NCBI RefSeq assembly: GCF_037042905.1
Contig: NC_087245.1
Location: 6,388,001 to 6,452,000, forward strand
Source: Lytechinus pictus
Taxonomy: Eukaryota
Reading direction: 5' to 3'
DNA length: 64,000 nt
Positions 13,701 through 28,700 of this stretch are shown here, piece after piece. Positions within the stretch are counted from its first letter, which is position 1. Each line of letters opens with the position of its first letter. A program made the translations under genes and the position numbers. A model generated the notes under the pieces. That model was given only the letters and a program-made list of their open reading frames with translations, made no database searches and had not been told where the DNA came from.

Positions 13701-16700
13701 ATACATATTGGTTATGACCAATAATTTAGACCCGGAATATGACAGCCCCTCTTTCAGCATCATAACTTCTAACGTGCCGTGTGGAACGACTGGAATAACC
13801 TGTACAAAGTCTATAACTTTCACCATTAGTGAGTCTGATCCTCTGATGTCTTAATAACTTTACCCAGTTTATGCTCAGTTGACACAAATAATCAGGTCTT
13901 AGATCAAAATTTAAAGGAAAATAATAGATAAACCTGTCAAAATTTATAATGATTAAATAATCTGGAATGATGATATCATAACATGAAGGAATACTACTAC
14001 TACTGCTGCTACTGATAATAATAATAATAATAACAACAATTAATTAATAATGATGATGGTGATGATAATATTAGCTGGATGTATGAAGTGTTTTTGCTTG
14101 AGGATACAAAGGACAACAATTATTACCCTGGCTTTAGCTCAAGCTACCATTTTTGTCTCACCTGCATAGCAGAGTGAGACTATAGGCGCCGCTTTTCCGA
14201 CGGCGACGGCGGCGGCGGCGGCGACGGCGGCGTCAACACCAAATCTTAACCTGAGGTTAAGTTTTTGAAATGACAGCTTAACTTAGAAAGTATATGGACC
14301 TAGTTCATGAAACTTGGCCATAAGGTTAATCAAGTATTACTAAACATCCTGCCTGAGTTTCATGTCACATGACCAAGGTCAAAGGTCATTTAGGGTCAAT
14401 GAACTTAGACCATGTTGGGGGAATCAACATCAAAATCTTAACCTAAGGTTAAGTTTTTGAAATGTCATCATAAATTAGAAAATATATGGACCTAGTTCAT
14501 GAAACTTATACATAAGGTTAATCAAGTATCACTGAACATCCTGCATGAGTTTCACGTCACATGACCAAGGTCAAAGGTCATTTAGGGTCAATGAACTTTG
14601 GCCGAATTGGGGGTATCTGTTGAATTACCATCATAACTTTGAAAGTTTATGGATCTGATTCATGAAACTTGGACATAATAGTAATCAAGTATTACTGAAC
14701 ATCCTGTGCAAGTTTCAGGTCACATGATCAAGGTCAAAGGTCATTTAGGGTCAATGAACTTTGGCCAAATTGGGGTATTTGTTGAATTACAGCCATAAAT
14801 TTGAAAGTGTGTTGGTCTAGTTCATAAAACTTGGACATAAGAGTAATCAAGTATCACTGAACATCTTGTGCGAGTTTCAGGTCACATGATCAAGGTCAAA
14901 GGTCATGTAAGGTCAAAGAACTTTGGCCACGTTGGGGGTATTTGTTGAATTGCCATCATATCTCTATAAGTGTATTGGTCTAATTCATAAAACGTGGAAA
15001 TACGAGTAACCAAGTATCACTGAACATCTTGTGCGAGTTATAGTAGTTTTCAAAATCAGCACTGCTGCTATATTGAATCGCGTGATGCAGGTGAGACGGC
15101 CAGAGGCATTCCACTTGTTTTCATCAGTGCTTGGGCATTGAAGGAATGAATCCTGCCAGGTGCCTAGCTACCATTTTTTCATCAGCGCTTTGGCATTGAA
15201 GGAATGAATTCTGCCAGGTGCCTAGCTACCATTTTTTCATCAGCGCTTGGGCATTGAAGGAATGAATCCTGCCAGGTGCCAAGCTACCATTTTTTTCATC
15301 AGCGCTTGGGCATTGAAGGAATGAATCCTGCCAGGTGCCAAGCTACCATTTTTTCATCAGCACTTGGGCATTGAAGGAATGAATCCTACCATTTTTTCAT
15401 CAGCGCTTGGGCATTGAAGGAATGAATCCTGCCAGGTGCCTAGCTACCATTTTTTCATCAGCGCTTGGGCATTGAAGGAATGAATCCTGCCAGGCGCCTA
15501 GCTACCATTTTTTCATCAGCGCTTGGTCATTGAAGGAATGAATTCTGCCAGGTGCCGTGCTACCATTTTTTCATCAGCGCTTTGGCATTGAAGGAATGAA
15601 TTCTGCCAGGTGCCTAGCTACCATTTTTTCATCAGCGCTTGGGCATTGAAGGAATGAATCCTGCCAGGTGCCTAGCTACCATTTTTTTCATCAGCGCTTG
15701 GGCATTGAAGGAATGAATCCTGCCAGGTGCCTAGCTACCATTTTTTTCATCAGCGCTTGGGCATTGAAGGAATGAATCCTGCCAGGCGCCTAGCTACCAT
15801 TTTTTTCATCAGCGCTTGGGCATTGAAGGAATGAATCCTGCCAGGTGCCAATTCATCTCACCATGGGTCCAGCACAGTCTGGATAAAATTCTTGCTGAAT
15901 GAAACACACCATGGCTAGGATTCGAACCCACTAACTCTATTTGAAGACCAGACTCAGAACCACTAGACCACGATGCACCCACAATCGAATCAAAATATTA
16001 ACAAAAAGAATAAAGTTAGGAGTGTATGTGGGGGTGTGTGTACATGACATTGTATATCCTCTACAAAGTGTATTATAGGAAAAAAATACAAAGGTACATG
16101 TAAATATCATGAAAGGCTTTATTTTGATTGGCTGCAATGCCTTTAATAACATATGAACTTTGATTTTACAGATCTTTGATTCATCATGATTTCATAATTT
16201 ACTCTAACAGCAAAGTTAACATAGTCATTCTTTATAAATCATGTCTTGGGTAAGTTTGTTTTAAACACATTGTTAATGTTCACACCATTTACCACCTGAG
16301 GAGGGGCATATATGGGTTTTTTTTTGTTTATGTTGCACAGGTCTTTACCTAAAATGAGTAAACAGTTTTTTAGTAGCTCCTTTTACTCATCAGTTGTGCT
16401 TAACAAAGATAAATTTTAATCTGGTGAATATTGGAAGACCTAACATACATGTTTTCATTACATATTTTCCATGCATTTTTTTTTAAATCAGAAAATGCAG
16501 ATAACTCTAAAGAGAAACTTCATCTGGTCAAAGGAAAGGAAGTTCCAGCTTCTGACTCGACATTTTTGATTACACAAGCTGGTGACTATGTACATGTTGC
16601 ATCAAAAATTGGTGTCAAAATAATATGGGACAGTGGCACGTGGGTCCAAGTCAAAATAGCGCCTAAATACAAAGCAAAGGTAACATATGCTTTTATTAGT

Positions 16701-19700
16701 ACATGTATCAGTGCAGCTTTTTACCCCATGATTTACTCCTAACATTACTTTCGAGCAAATTCCTTTAACTTTTGATATAGCAAATTCAATATTTGAAATC
16801 ATATCCTAATCTTGTTATCCAATCTAGATACCTGCACCTCGAGCTTTTGATTTGTTGAAATAAAAGACATCTGAATAATGCTGGACTTGTAGTAAACATT
16901 TTAACCATCGTTCTTGATAGATAGAAAACATTACAGAAAGTATGGAATATTTTGATTAGACAAGTTCTATGAATTATATTGCTCCTCTAATTGACACAGT
17001 TTGAGAAAGAGATAACAAAAGAACATGATCAGAAATATCCATTTAAATTTGGGCTGATCAATTAATATTTTGTGTACCAGAAATACAATCGGTGATGAAT
17101 ATTCACTAACTACATTGTATCAATGATTCTCTTTTCGATGGACTAATGATTAAAACCATATAAATTCATGGCTTCCCTTAATAATAAAAACGTAAGTAGA
17201 AGAAGACAAAAGCATGGTGAAATAATTGTGTTTTTCTCCCTATTGTCTTGGATTTTAGGTTGGAGGTTTATGTGGTAACTACAATGATCTAAGTGATGAT
17301 GATTTTATGTCTCCTGGTGGTGGTTTGCCAGAAACCTCCGCTCTGACTTTTGGGGACAGTTGGAAGGTAAATCAGCTTTCAAATATTCTCTACCCGTGAT
17401 AAAGTGATGCAAGTACTGATCTTGCTGTATTTGCTGAAAGATGAATTTGATTAATATCATACGCCTTTGACTTTTTTTCAGAAGTACAATTTCCTATTTT
17501 ATAAAACCTCGACATTGACATTACAAAATATCTCCAATCATTTGATGACCATAATCTCTCAGCTGAACAGTCATTACAAGTAACAAAATCAGGAATTTCT
17601 TTGGCATGAATATATTTTGGGACATATCTTTGAAAGTGTACAGGTTTTATACCAAATAATTGCAATATGATGAGTGCAACATGTCAAGGTTAAGATTATT
17701 TGATGTTAACAAATTCAGATAGAAGGTAATGTTTTATACAAAGTATGAAAGTATTTTATTAAATCTAACAAAACATGCATTTTTAGGGCCAGGTGGGAGG
17801 GGTGCTATCTGAATGGTCAGTATAGTCTCCCTTGTACACCATGCTACCCACAATAATTTCGTTGACAATATCTGAAGCCCTCAGAAGTCCCTCCAAAACT
17901 TTAAGTCTAGAATCATGCCTGAATGAGCTTGAGATTTGGTGACATATTCAGTTAAATTAAATTCATAATACAGGTCGATGATTACTGCCCTAAGCCACCT
18001 TCCCCAATCTCGCCGTGTAGGAGAAACCCTCATCGCCGTGGTTGGGCAATGCGTCAATGTAGCGTGATCAAATCGGATGTCTTTGAGCAATGTTTTAGCC
18101 AGGTCTACTACCGACTATATTTTCTTAAATGCATCTACGATTCATGTGCTTGTGATTCGGGAGGGGACTGTGAGTGCCTCTGCTCTGCCATCTCAGCTTA
18201 TGCCAAGGAATGCTCTGCTCATGGCGTTCCAATCAGGTGGAGGACCAATGATCTCTGTCGTATGTATCACTTTCTTTCCAATAAATGTACCAACATATAC
18301 TTCTGCCCTCACTTGAGGATCATTACCTATCATCTGTTAGTCTGCAATTGTTTGTACCTATATGGAGAGATAGTATTACTCTTTTGCATCTAGAATTGTA
18401 GGATTATTTTATGTCTATGAAATTCATGTCATACTCCAGAAACAATGCCTAAATCATATAAAAATTATGCATCACCATTGGAAACACCAAAAAAAAAGTA
18501 ATCAAAAAGACATTTGACAGATTTTATATTTAAAAAAAAATTATTTTCTAGTCAGAAATATGTCTGCTTTCCTTCAAACTAACGAAACAAGATATGTTTT
18601 TCTTTTCTAATTATTGCACCCCCATTGCCATTTAACACATTTAATATTGGAAATGAATTTGTGGATTGTATGTGATCTTATCCCCCCATTTTAATACTAT
18701 GAAAATAAACTCATGGGTTTTGAAGGGGTACTATGGGCTGAAAATGTTTATAAAAGAGTAAAATTCAGAGAGCAAAATGCTGAAAAGTTCATCAAAATCT
18801 GATAACTCTGCTAACAAATAGGGAAGTTATTGAAAATTCGATTTCAGTAATAGACAGTGGGTATCAATAAAAAGTTTACACTTAGAAAAAGTTCTGGGAA
18901 CTGAAAAATATACAACATGGGGATAAATTTTTTCACATATAATCTTGGGTTTCGATCTCATCTACCACATGAAAGTAAACATTTTGACAGAATGTTACCC
19001 TTAAGTGAGCTTGCAGAAATGCTTATTTTCATGTCAAAGAAAATAGGCGAAAACAAACTGACCTTGCAGTACATTACTCATACATTTCTTTTGCATTTTT
19101 AGCCAATTGAAATAAAACAGATACATTTAATAACTTGTAACATCTTTGCCACCCAAATTAACATTTTAACCCTAGGTTAGCCCAACCTTTACCATTTTTT
19201 ATGCCAGCTGGATCTGAGGACATAATTAAAATGGAAATAAAAGTTTATTTCACACATCTTCAGTATTTTTTCACAAAGTTTTTATCATTTAAAGTGGGTT
19301 TAAATTTCATATTTCATTTAATAGTTGTTTCTCCATACTTCTGCCAAGCTTGACATTGATTAACAGAAGAAAAATCAAGCCTAAGCCATTTCATGTGAAT
19401 CACAGCTCTGTGTTGAGCAGATATCATCATAGCTTCGATGGATGGTGTGTGAGGAGGGGAGAGGCGCAATGGCGCTCTATGAAGTGTTTTGGGCAAGGAA
19501 ATAACTTAAAAAGTTAAAAATTGTCTTTAAATCAATCTTCCCATTAAAGTAGGTTCTTCATGATCAATGTCTACTTTTATTCATATAACTAATTCCGAGT
19601 TCTGCGCAAGTATATAAGTTATATGATAATTTCTAAGTGTAAACTATTTTTGATATGCACTGTATTGTGAAAATAGTTTTATGCACTTCGTCATGAATAT

Positions 19701-22700
19701 TCATCAGTGGGCTGATGATTTCACACCCCACTTTCCTTTCTCTTATGTTATTACATGAAATCACAATTGTCTTATTTTTGCATACATGTGTGAATGATGT
19801 GCCTTCCCTATAATGAAATAAATTGCAGTGCCCAATGAATATCTAATGCACTAAATCAGTTGTCAATCCATTTTTTTAGTTTTTGGATTAAAGAATTTGA
19901 ATAAACCTAATTTCATATAATGAAATACAAAAGAACAAGTGGGGATAGGACATCAATTTGCTCATTGAATATTCATGAAGACATGCATATAATTGTTTTA
20001 ATGGAATTATGAAAATCTTTAAAATGCCATTACATTGTTATACCTTGTCCGATTTGTGATAAAAATTTTCAGTTATTTGTTTGATTTTTTTAATCTGTTC
20101 AACAAAATCATTTAAAGTACCCCTTTAAGGATGTTCCACAGTTAAAGTGAAATCTATGTCATTTTCACCAAACTTTGCACATAGATACTTTAGCACCTGA
20201 ATATTTCAAATGTGCAAAAATTAATGTGGTTTATGTGCTTGATTTTTTGCTATAGAACTTCAAAGTTCACCCAAATGGATGTTCTTTAGAATTGCGTGTT
20301 CAATAGAATTTGGCATTTTTAGACCTCACAAGATCACTACAATGAGTATGAACACCTATCAGTGCTATTTGCTTTTTTAAGTCCAACAGCACTGTCAGTT
20401 CCTTAAAATGGTGTGAAAGATAACAAAAACCCAATTTCAAAAATGTGAAATTTCAATAACAAACTTGAAAAGTACAATAAATCCTGCACTTTATTCAAAA
20501 CCCATGTCATTTTCACCAAACTTTGCAGAGTTGTAGAGGAAGGTATACCTAAGAGGAGCAAACATTAAAAAAATAGGGGTTCATGTACTTTTTTTGAAAC
20601 TATCAGCACTTTTATGAGAGCAAATGTGCTTTTTAAAACACCAAAACGTGCCAAACTCTTTGTATCTATGTGAGGAAAAATTCCAAACCACTCTACCATT
20701 TATTCAAACTCGGGGTCATATTCGTCATACTTTGCAGAACTGTAAAGTATTTCAAAATTGGAGAGGGATTAAAAAGAAATGGTCAATGGAATAATTCTAG
20801 TTTATGAGCTTCATAAAATATCATGTCGGATCTGCAGTTAGAGTGTAGTTAATGAGAAAATACAGCTTATACATGTACCTACAACTGATTAATCACTTGT
20901 TCATCCATTGTGACGTCAGCACGCAGAGTGTGAAATATGCGCAGATCATGATGAGCACAAACATAACTGTGGAACGTCCTTAAATGATTTCTCCTTTTTT
21001 GTAGCTATGCAGTGTGATGGATGCCGGGAATACGATCCCTGCATTGAACTTTGCTACACCTGTGGCCATGAGAACGATTGGGATGAAGACGGGAACTGCC
21101 CTCATACATGTTTCGAGGGATGCAGTTGTCCCAGTGGACAGTTTTACTATGGAGACCAATGTGTTGACAGTTGCCCAGTAGCCACAACTCCATGCATTGA
21201 CCACACCACAACTACCCCTCACACTACAAGTAAGTATCTCCTGAACACAACTCAAACAAAACATTTGATTGTAGGACTAAGATTGCGTTGATTATTATGT
21301 GCAATGAAGTGAACATATAAACTGAACGATCAATTGCTAATAATTAGGAAAACGTGAAAAAAATCTAAAACAGGAAACAAAGAAACAAGCACACGACTGC
21401 TAAAAAAATGACAGGCCCACCAGAATCTTACACTCTACCTCTTAAATAATCAACAGTACCACAGGGAACTACCACTCAACCCCCTGAAACAACAACAGGT
21501 CTGCCGGGTACTACCAGTCTTTCCCCTGAAACAACAACTTCGCTCCCGGAAACTACCACTCAACCACTTGAAACAACAACAGGACCACCAGGAACTACAA
21601 CTCAACTCCCTGAAACAACAACAGGTCTGCTGAGAACTACCACTGTTCCCCCTGAAACAACAACAGTGCCCCAAGGAACTACCACCAAACCCCCGGAAAC
21701 AACAACAGGACCTCCAGGAACTACCACTCAACCACCTGAAACAACCACAGGACCGCCAAGAACTACCACTCAACCACCTAAAACAACAACAGGACCTCCG
21801 GGAACTACCACTCAACCAATGGAAACAACAACAGGACCACTAGGAACTACATCTCAAACACCTGAAACAACATTTCCCCCAGGAACTACCACCAAACCTC
21901 CGGAAACAACAACAGGACCTCCAAGAACTACCACTCAACCACCTAAAACAACAACAGGACCTCCGGGAACTACCATTCAACCACCGGAAACAACCACAGG
22001 ACCGCCAAGAACTACCACTCAACCACCTAAAACAACAACAGGACCTCCGGGAACTACCACTCAACCAATGGAAACAACAACAGGACCACTAGGAACTACA
22101 TCTCAAACACCTGAAACAACATTTCCCCCAGGAACTACCACAAAACCTCTGGAAACAACCACAGGACCACCAAGAAGTACCACTCAAGCATCTGAAACAA
22201 CTACAGGACCTCCGGGAACTACCACTCAACCACCGGAAACAACAGGACCACTAGGAACTACATCTCAACCACCTGAAACAACGTTTCCCCCAGGAACTAC
22301 CACCAAACCTCTGGAAACAACCACAGGACCACCAAGAAGTACCACTCAACCACCTGAAACAACAACATTGCCCCCAGAAACTACCACCAAACCTCTGGAA
22401 ACAACCACAGGACCTCCAAGAACTACCACTCAACCACCTGAAACAACAACATTGCCCCCAGGAACTACCACCAAACTTCCGGAAACAACAACAGGACCTC
22501 AAGGAACTACCATTCAACCACCTGTAACAACTACATTGCCCTCAGGAACTACCACCAAACCTCCGGAAACGACCACAGGACCACCAAGAAGTACCACTCA
22601 ACCACCTGAAACAACTACAGGACCTCCGGGAACTACCACTCAACCACCGGAAACAACAGGACCACTAGGAACTACATCTCAACCACCTGAAACAACGTTT

Positions 22701-25700
22701 CCCCCAGGAACTACCACCAAACCTCTGGAAACAACCACAGGACCACCAAGAAGTACCACTCAACCACCTGAAACAACAACATTACCCCCAGGAACTACCA
22801 CCAAACTTCCGGAAACAACAACAGGACCACCAAGAACTACCACTCAACCACCTGAAACAACAGGACCACCAGGAACTACATCTCAACCACCTGAAATAAC
22901 AACATTGCCCCCAGAAACTACCACCAAACCTCTGGAAACAACCACAGTCCCCCTAAGAACTACCACCAAACCCCCGGAAACAACAACAGGACCTCCAGGA
23001 ACTACCACTCAACCACCTGAAACAACAACATTGCCCCCAGAAACTACCACCAAACCTCTGGAAACAACCACAGGACCTCCAGGAACTACCACTCAACCCC
23101 CTGTAACAACCACAGTCCCCCTAAGAACTACCACCAAACCCCCGGAAACAACAACAGGACCTCCAGGAACTACCACTCAACCACTTGAAACAACAACAGG
23201 ACCTCCAGGAACTACAACTCCATTCCATGAAACAACAACAGGGCCCCAAGCAACTACCACCAAACCTCTGGAAACAACCACAGGACCACCAAGAACTACC
23301 ACTCAACCACCTGAAACAACAACAGGACCACCAGGAACTACATCTCAACCACCTGAAACAACATTGCCCCCAGAAACTACCACTAAACCTCTGGAAACAA
23401 CCACAGGTCCACCAAGAACTACCACTCAACCACCTGAAACAACAACATTGCCCCCAGGAACTACCACCAAACCTCCGGAAACAACAACAAGACCTCCAGG
23501 AACTACCACTCAACCACCAAAGACAACAACAGGACCACCAGGAACTACATCTCAACAACCTGAAACAACAACATTGCCCCCAGGAACTACCACCAAACCT
23601 CCGGAAACAACAACAGCACCTCCAGGAACTACCACTCAACCACCTGAAACAACAACATTGCCCCCAGGAACTACAACCAAACCTCTGGAAACAACCACAG
23701 GACCACCAAGAACTACCACTCAACCACCTAAAACAACAACAGGACCAACAGGAACTACATCTCAACCCCCTGAAACAACGAGAGTGTCCCAAGGAACTAC
23801 CACCAAACCCCCGGAAACAACAACAGGACCTCCAGGAACTACCACTCAACCACCTGAAACAACAACAGGACCTCCAGGAACTACAACTCCATTCCATGAA
23901 ACAACCACAGGACCACCAAGAACTACCACTCAACCACCTGAAACAACAACATTGCCCCCAGGAACTACCACCAAACCTCCAGAAACAACAACAGGACCTC
24001 CGGGAACTACCATTCAACCCCCAGAAACAACAACATTGCCCCCAGGAACTACCACCAAACCTCCAGAAACAACAACAGGACCTAAAGAAACTACCACTCA
24101 ACCACCTGAAACAACAACATTGCCCCCAGGAACTACCACCAAACTTCCGGAAACAACAACAGGACCTCCGGGAACTACCATTCAACCACCTAAAACAACA
24201 AAATTGCCCCCAGAAACTACCACCAAACCTCTGGAAACAACCACAGGACCGCCAGGAACTACACCTAAACCACCTGAAACAACAACATTGCCCCCAGAAA
24301 CTACCACTACACCTCTGGAAACAACAACAGGACCTCCGGGAACTACCATTCAACCACCTGTAACAACTACATTGCCCTCAGGAACTACCACCAAACCTCC
24401 GGAAACAACCACAGGACCACCAAAAACTACCCCTCAACCACCTGAAACAACAACAGGACCTCCAGGAACTACCACTCAACCACCTGAAACAACAACAGGA
24501 CCTCCAGGAACTACAACTCCATTCCATGAAACAACCACAGGACCACCAAGAACTACCACTCAACCACCTGAAACAACAACATTGCCCCCAGGAACTACCA
24601 CCAAACCTCCAGAAACAACAACAGGACCTCCGGGAACTACCATTCAACCCCCAGAAACAACAACATTGCCCCCAGGAACTACCACCAAACCTCCAGAAAC
24701 AACAACAGGACCTAAAGAAACTACCACTCAACCACCTGAAACAACAACATTGCCCCCAGGAACTACCACCAAACTTCCGGAAACAACAACAGGACCTCCG
24801 GGAACTACCATTCAACCACCTAAAACAACAAAATTGCCCCCAGAAACTACCACCAAACCTCTGGAAACAACCACAGGACCGCCAGGAACTACACCTAAAC
24901 CACCTGAAACAACAACATTGCCCCCAGAAACTACCACTACACCTCTGGAAACAACAACAGGACCTCCGGGAACTACCATTCAACCACCTGTAACAACTAC
25001 ATTGCCCTCAGGAACTACCACCAAACCTCCGGAAACAACCACAGGACCACCAAAAACTACCCCTCAACCACCTGAAACAACAACAGGACCACCAGGAACT
25101 ACATCTAAACCACCTGAAACAACAACATTGCCCCCAGAAACTACCACCAAACCTCTGGAAACAACCACACGACCTCCAGGAACTACCACTCAACCACCTG
25201 AAACAACAACAGGACCACCAGGAACTACCACTCAACCACCAGAAACAACAACAGGGCCCCCAGGAACTACATCTCAACCCCCAGAAACAACAACAGGTCT
25301 GCAGAGAACTACCACTATTCCCTCTGAAACAACAACAGTCCCCCTAAGAACTACCACCAAATCCCCGGAAACAACAACAGGGCCTCCTGGAACTACCACT
25401 CAACCACCTGAAACAACAACAGTCCCCCTAAGAACTACCACCAAACCCCCGGAAACAACAACAGGACCTTCAGGAACTACCACTCAACCACCTGAAACAA
25501 CAGGACCTCCAGGAACTACAACTCCATTCCATGAAACAACAACAGGGCCCCCAGCAACTACCACCAAACCTATGGAAACAACCACAGGACCACCAAGAAC
25601 TACTACTCAACCACCTAAAACAACAACAGGACCTCCAGGAACTACATCTCAACCACCTGAAACAACAACAGGACCTCCAGGAACTACCACTCAACCACCT

Positions 25701-28700
25701 GAAACAACAACAGGAACTACAACTCAATTCCATGAAACAACAACAGGGCCCCCAGGAACTACCACCAGACCTCTGGAAACAACCACAGGACCACCAAGAA
25801 CTTCCACTCAACCACCTGAAACAACATTGCCCCCAGGAACTACCATTCAACCACCTGAAACAACAGGACCTCCAGGAACTACAACTCCATTCCATGAAAC
25901 AACAACAGGGCCCCCAGCAACTACCACCAAACCTATGGAAACAACCACAGGACCACCAAGAACTACTACTCAACCACCTAAAACAACAACAGGACCTCCA
26001 GGAACTACATCTCAACCCCCTGTAACAACAACAGGACCACCAGGAACTACATCTCAACCACCTGAAACAACAACATTGCCCCCAGAAACTACCACCAAAC
26101 CTCTGGAAACAACCACAGGACCTCCAGGAACTACCACTCAACCCCCTGTAACAACAACAACAGGACCACCAAGAACTACCACCAAACCTCGGGAAACAAC
26201 AACAGGACCTCCAGGAACTACCACTCAACCACCTGAAACAACAACAGAACCACCAGGAACTACATCTCAACCACCTGAAACAACAACAGGACCACCAGGA
26301 ACTACCACTCAACCACCTGAAACAACAGGGCCCCTAGGAACTACATCTCAACCCCCCAAAACAACAACAGGTCTGCAGAGAACTACCACTGTTCCCTCTG
26401 AAACAACAACAGTCCCCCTAAGAACTACCACCAAACCCCCGAAAACAACAACAGGACCTCCAGGAACTACCACTCAACCACCTGAAACAACAACAGTCCC
26501 CCTAAGAACTACCACCAAACCCCCGGAAACAACAACAGGACCTCCAGGAACTACAACTCAACCACCTGAAACAACAACAGGACCTCCAGGAACTACAACT
26601 CCATTCCATGAAACAACAACAGGGCCCCTAGCAACTACCACCAAACCTCTGGAAACAACCACAGGACCACCAAGAACTACCACTCAACCACCTGAAACAA
26701 CAACAAGACCACCAGAAACTACAACTCAACCCCCTGAGACAACAACAGGTCTGCTAAGTACTACCACTGTTCCCCCTGAAACAACACTGCCCCCAGGAAC
26801 TACCACCAAAACTCCGGAAACAACAACAAGACCTCCGGGAACTACCATTCAACCCCCTGAAACAACAACATTGCCCCCAGGAACTACCACCAAACCTCCG
26901 GAAACATCAACAGGACCTCCAGGAACTACCACTCAACCACCTGAAACAACAACATTGCCCCCAGGAACTACCACCAAACTTCCGGAAACAACAGCAGGAC
27001 CTCCGGGAACTACTATTCAACCCCCTGAAACAACAACATTGCCCCCAGGAACTACTACCAAACCTCCGGAAACAACAACCGGACCTCCTGGAACTACCAC
27101 GCAACCACCTGAAACAACAACATCGCCCCCAGCAACAACCACCAAACTTCCGGGAACAACCACAGGACCACCAAGAACTACCACTCAACCACCTGAAACA
27201 ACCACAGGATCACCAAGAACTACCACTCAACCATATGAGACAACAACAGGACCACCAGGAACTACATCTCAACCACCTGAAACAACAACAGTGCCCCCAG
27301 GAACAACCACCAAACTTCCGGGAACAACCACAGGGCCACCAGGAACTACCACGCAACCACCTGAAACAACAGCACAGACTCCAGGAACTACAACTCAACT
27401 CCCTGAAACAACAACAGGACCACCAGGAACTACTACCAAACTCCCTGAAACAACAACAGGACCACTACAAACTACCACTCAACCACCTGAGACAACAGGA
27501 CCTCCAGGAACTACCACTCAACCAGTGGAAACAACAACAAGACCCCCAGGAACTACCACTCAACCACCTAAAACAACAACATTGCCCCCAGGAACTACCA
27601 CCAAACCTCCGGAAACAACAACAGGACCTCCAGGAACAACCACTCAACCACCTGAGACAACAACAGGTCTGCTAAGTACTACCACTGTTCCCCCTGAAAC
27701 AACACTGCCCCCAGGAACTACCACCAAAACTCCGGAAACAACAACAAGACCTCCGGGAACTACCATTCAACCCCCTGAAACAACAACATTGCCCCCAGGA
27801 ACTACCACCAAACCTCCGGAAACATCAACAGGACCTCCAGGAACTACCACTCAACCACCTGAAACAACAACATTGCCCCCAGGAACTACCACCAAACTTC
27901 CGGAAACAACAGCAGGACCTCCGGGAACTACTATTCAACCCCCTGAAACAACAACATTGCCCCCAGGAACTACTACCAAACCTCCGGAAACAACAACCGG
28001 ACCTCCTGGAACTACCACGCAACCACCTGAAACAACAACATCGCCCCCAGCAACAACCACCAAACTTCCGGGAACAACCACAGGACCACCAAGAACTACC
28101 ACTCAACCACCTGAAACAACCACAGGATCACCAAGAACTACCACTCAACCATATGAGACAACAACAGGACCACCAGGAACTACATCTCAACCACCTGAAA
28201 CAACAACAGTGCCCCCAGGAACAACCACCAAACTTCCGGGAACAACCACAGGGCCACCAGGAACTACCACGCAACCACCTGAAACAACAGCACAGACTCC
28301 AGGAACTACAACTCAACTCCCTGAAACAACAACAGGACCTCCAGGAACTACCACTCAACCACTTGAAACAACAGCATCGCCCCCATCAACAACCACCAAA
28401 CTTCCGGGAACAACCACAGGACCACAAAGAACTACCACTCAACCACCTGAAACAACCACAGGACCACAAAGAAGTACCACTCAACCACCTGAAACAACCA
28501 CAGGACCTCCAGGAACTACCACTCAACCATTGGAAACAACAACAAGACCACCAGGAACTACCACTCAACCACCTAAAACAACAACATTGCCCCCAGGAAC
28601 TACCACCAAACCTCCGGAAACAACAACAGGACCTCCAGGAACTACCACTCAACCACCTGAAACAACAACAAGACCACCAGGAACTACCACTCAACCACGT

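Larger units (their letters stand above)
14070..15980 (-). mobile_element. tRNA-derived SINE interrupted by the HINE and internally amplified
   Basis: Minus-strand A-box TGGTCTAGTGG (~15960-15970), B-box GGTTCGAATCC (~15918-15928), (TTA)n tail at ~14015-14070. Confidence 0.6.

Noticed and set aside
15119..15850. Regular repeats (also 38440-38916, 49712-50615, 55560-56638) considered as CRISPR-like arrays
   Set aside because: Head-to-tail repeats without unique spacers, no cas genes, eukaryotic intron context.
15905..15980. tRNA gene (also 2870-2890)
   Set aside because: A/B boxes are present but there is no full cloverleaf, and each continues into a SINE body with a simple-repeat tail.
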